Below are positions 15,306 through 16,553 of a DNA stretch of 16,553 bases, piece by piece. The notes below the pieces were generated by a model. It did not search any database. It saw only the letters and a list, made by a program, of their open reading frames with translations, and was not told the origin of the DNA. The stretch's first letter is position 1. The number at the start of each line of letters is the position of its first letter. The translations under genes were made by a program, and so were the position numbers. This stretch comes from Deinococcales bacterium (GTDB taxonomy: Bacteria > Deinococcota > Deinococci > Deinococcales > JAAFIG01): assembly GCA_043778225.1 (NCBI GenBank), contig JAYWGM010000081.1, forward strand, positions 1-16,553. The letters run 5' to 3'.

Positions 15306-15470
15306 AAGCATCGTACAAACTTTTTAGTCTGAATTTCAAAAGCAAATTTAGATTGCACTCATCCTTGTTAAGCCTTTAGCCGACTGGATAGTCTCGTTTA
15401 TCTGATGGGGATGGTTGCTTATGGGCTGAGACGCTTTCTACTTTTTTGCTTTTGACCTTATACTCTGCCC

Positions 15471-16124
15471 GTGCCGTATCGCCTAAATCTGACTGCTTTG
15501 TCTACATTTGAACAAGCCCGTTTGCTCGAGCCAAAAGAACGGGCTTCGTTGCTGCTGCCGCGCCTTTTGCGCCGTGCGGTTTTATCGCCCGACGATTACC
15601 CAGACGAACTGAAACTCGAGGTGGCACTCGAGGAACATTGGGATGCACTTGGAGCAAGTATCCAACACGCCTTAAAAGCCAAGGAAGCTCGAGATTTATT
15701 GGTTGGCTTAGATTTTGTCCAAGTCAATGCCTACCGACTTAAAAATATGCCATATCAGCGTAATTTTTTTGCTTATATTAAGGATGCCGATACCTTTGCG
15801 GCGGTTTATTTAGCCGATGCCAGTGGTATTGCGCCCTATGTTGAGATGTTTACGCTTTTCCGCGAAGCCAAAGACGGTAAAATTGGAATTCTGACCTCGA
15901 GTGCAGCCTTAATCGAACTGGACCCAAGCCCAGAACTCCATTTTATTCATTTGCCCGAAAAGCATCCTGAATTGGTTTTCAATTTGCACCGCAGCAAAGT
16001 GATGGAGTTTGGTAAAGCCAACAAGCCAGCCCGTAAGCCAGAGCATTTCGACCATGCCTATTTGGAAATTTGGAATGCCAATTATCAATCTTGGATTGCT
16101 CGAGGTGTCTTAAAGAAAGTCTAA
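15471..16124 (+). CDS. Hypothetical protein (probably leaderless)
   Basis: 217 aa; GTG start 6 nt after TATACT (15459-15464), no RBS. Confidence 0.7.
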   Translation: MPYRLNLTALSTFEQARLLEPKERASLLLPRLLRRAVLSPDDYPDELKLEVALEEHWDALGASIQHALKAKEARDLLVGLDFVQVNAYRLKNMPYQRNFFAYIKDADTFAAVYLADASGIAPYVEMFTLFREAKDGKIGILTSSAALIELDPSPELHFIHLPEKHPELVFNLHRSKVMEFGKANKPARKPEHFDHAYLEIWNANYQSWIARGVLKKV

Positions 16125-16248
16125 CCTTGGGGCGTGTAGGAACTGACCAAGAAAAACTCGTTACAAAGGTAGGCTAGAAAATATGGAACTTTTACTGAAC
16201 TGGAATAAAATCGATTCTAAGAATTCGCGTTACAAAAAAGGAGGTTTT

Positions 16249-16553
16249 ATGCTCATATCGGCAATCCTAGCCACTGCAATAGCATCTTGTGGACAAGCTC
16301 CAATTCAAGAACAACAAACCGAAGCTCGAGGAATGACAACCCAAAAAGATATGATGCTCCACGGAATAGTTGCTGGAACAACTTTTCAAAGTAACCAAGG
16401 TTTTACCTTACAAAATGGCTCGAGTATCCATGCCAATACTGGGTTAATCTTGAACTCGAGGAACATAGTTTTGAATGGTGGTCAAGTCTCGAGTACCAGT
16501 GCTGCCAGTTGCTCGGATAATTCTGGACAAGGTTTTTGCTTAAACGGTAAACC
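16249..16553 (+). CDS. Partial secreted/lipoprotein gene running off the window
   Basis: AAGGAGG RBS then MLISAILATAIASCGQ (lipobox-like), open to the window end; in-frame alternative ATG at 16183. Confidence 0.65.
   Translation, partial: MLISAILATAIASCGQAPIQEQQTEARGMTTQKDMMLHGIVAGTTFQSNQGFTLQNGSSIHANTGLILNSRNIVLNGGQVSSTSAASCSDNSGQGFCLNGK

Noticed and set aside
1..16553. tRNA/rRNA genes, prophage genes, or sufS/sufE/sufU
   Set aside because: No recognisable sequence for any of these in the window.

Overview
Bacterial chromosomal window, probably Deinococcota-like (inferred from the sufC-sufB-sufD layout without sufS, leaderless -10-only gene starts and extreme CTCGAG abundance). The core is a minus-strand Fe-S assembly operon: sufC, a DUF4377-like lipoprotein, sufB and sufD. 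sufB and sufD are pushed about 6.3 kb apart by a co-oriented array of small cassettes: three intact VapBC-type pairs, two RelE-type pairs, one DUF4258/YgiT-like pair, an orphan antitoxin, several toxin fragments and two unrelated lipoproteins. Most cassettes are delimited by a ~20-bp direct repeat (CTCGAGCCTTGGCTGCTTGC) that sits right after stop codons. The array contains a stranded 91%-identical copy of the sufD 5' end, broken at a CTCGAG, and a diverged repeat of a five-gene block, which suggests recombination-driven accretion. No integrase is present in the window. The left edge holds the end of an IS5-family element. The right part holds HEAT/LRV-repeat, TetR and SMI1/KNR4 genes on the minus strand, then an NAD-dependent epimerase, a membrane protein, a hypothetical protein and a partial lipoprotein on the plus strand. 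Family calls are from motif recognition by eye, not database searches.
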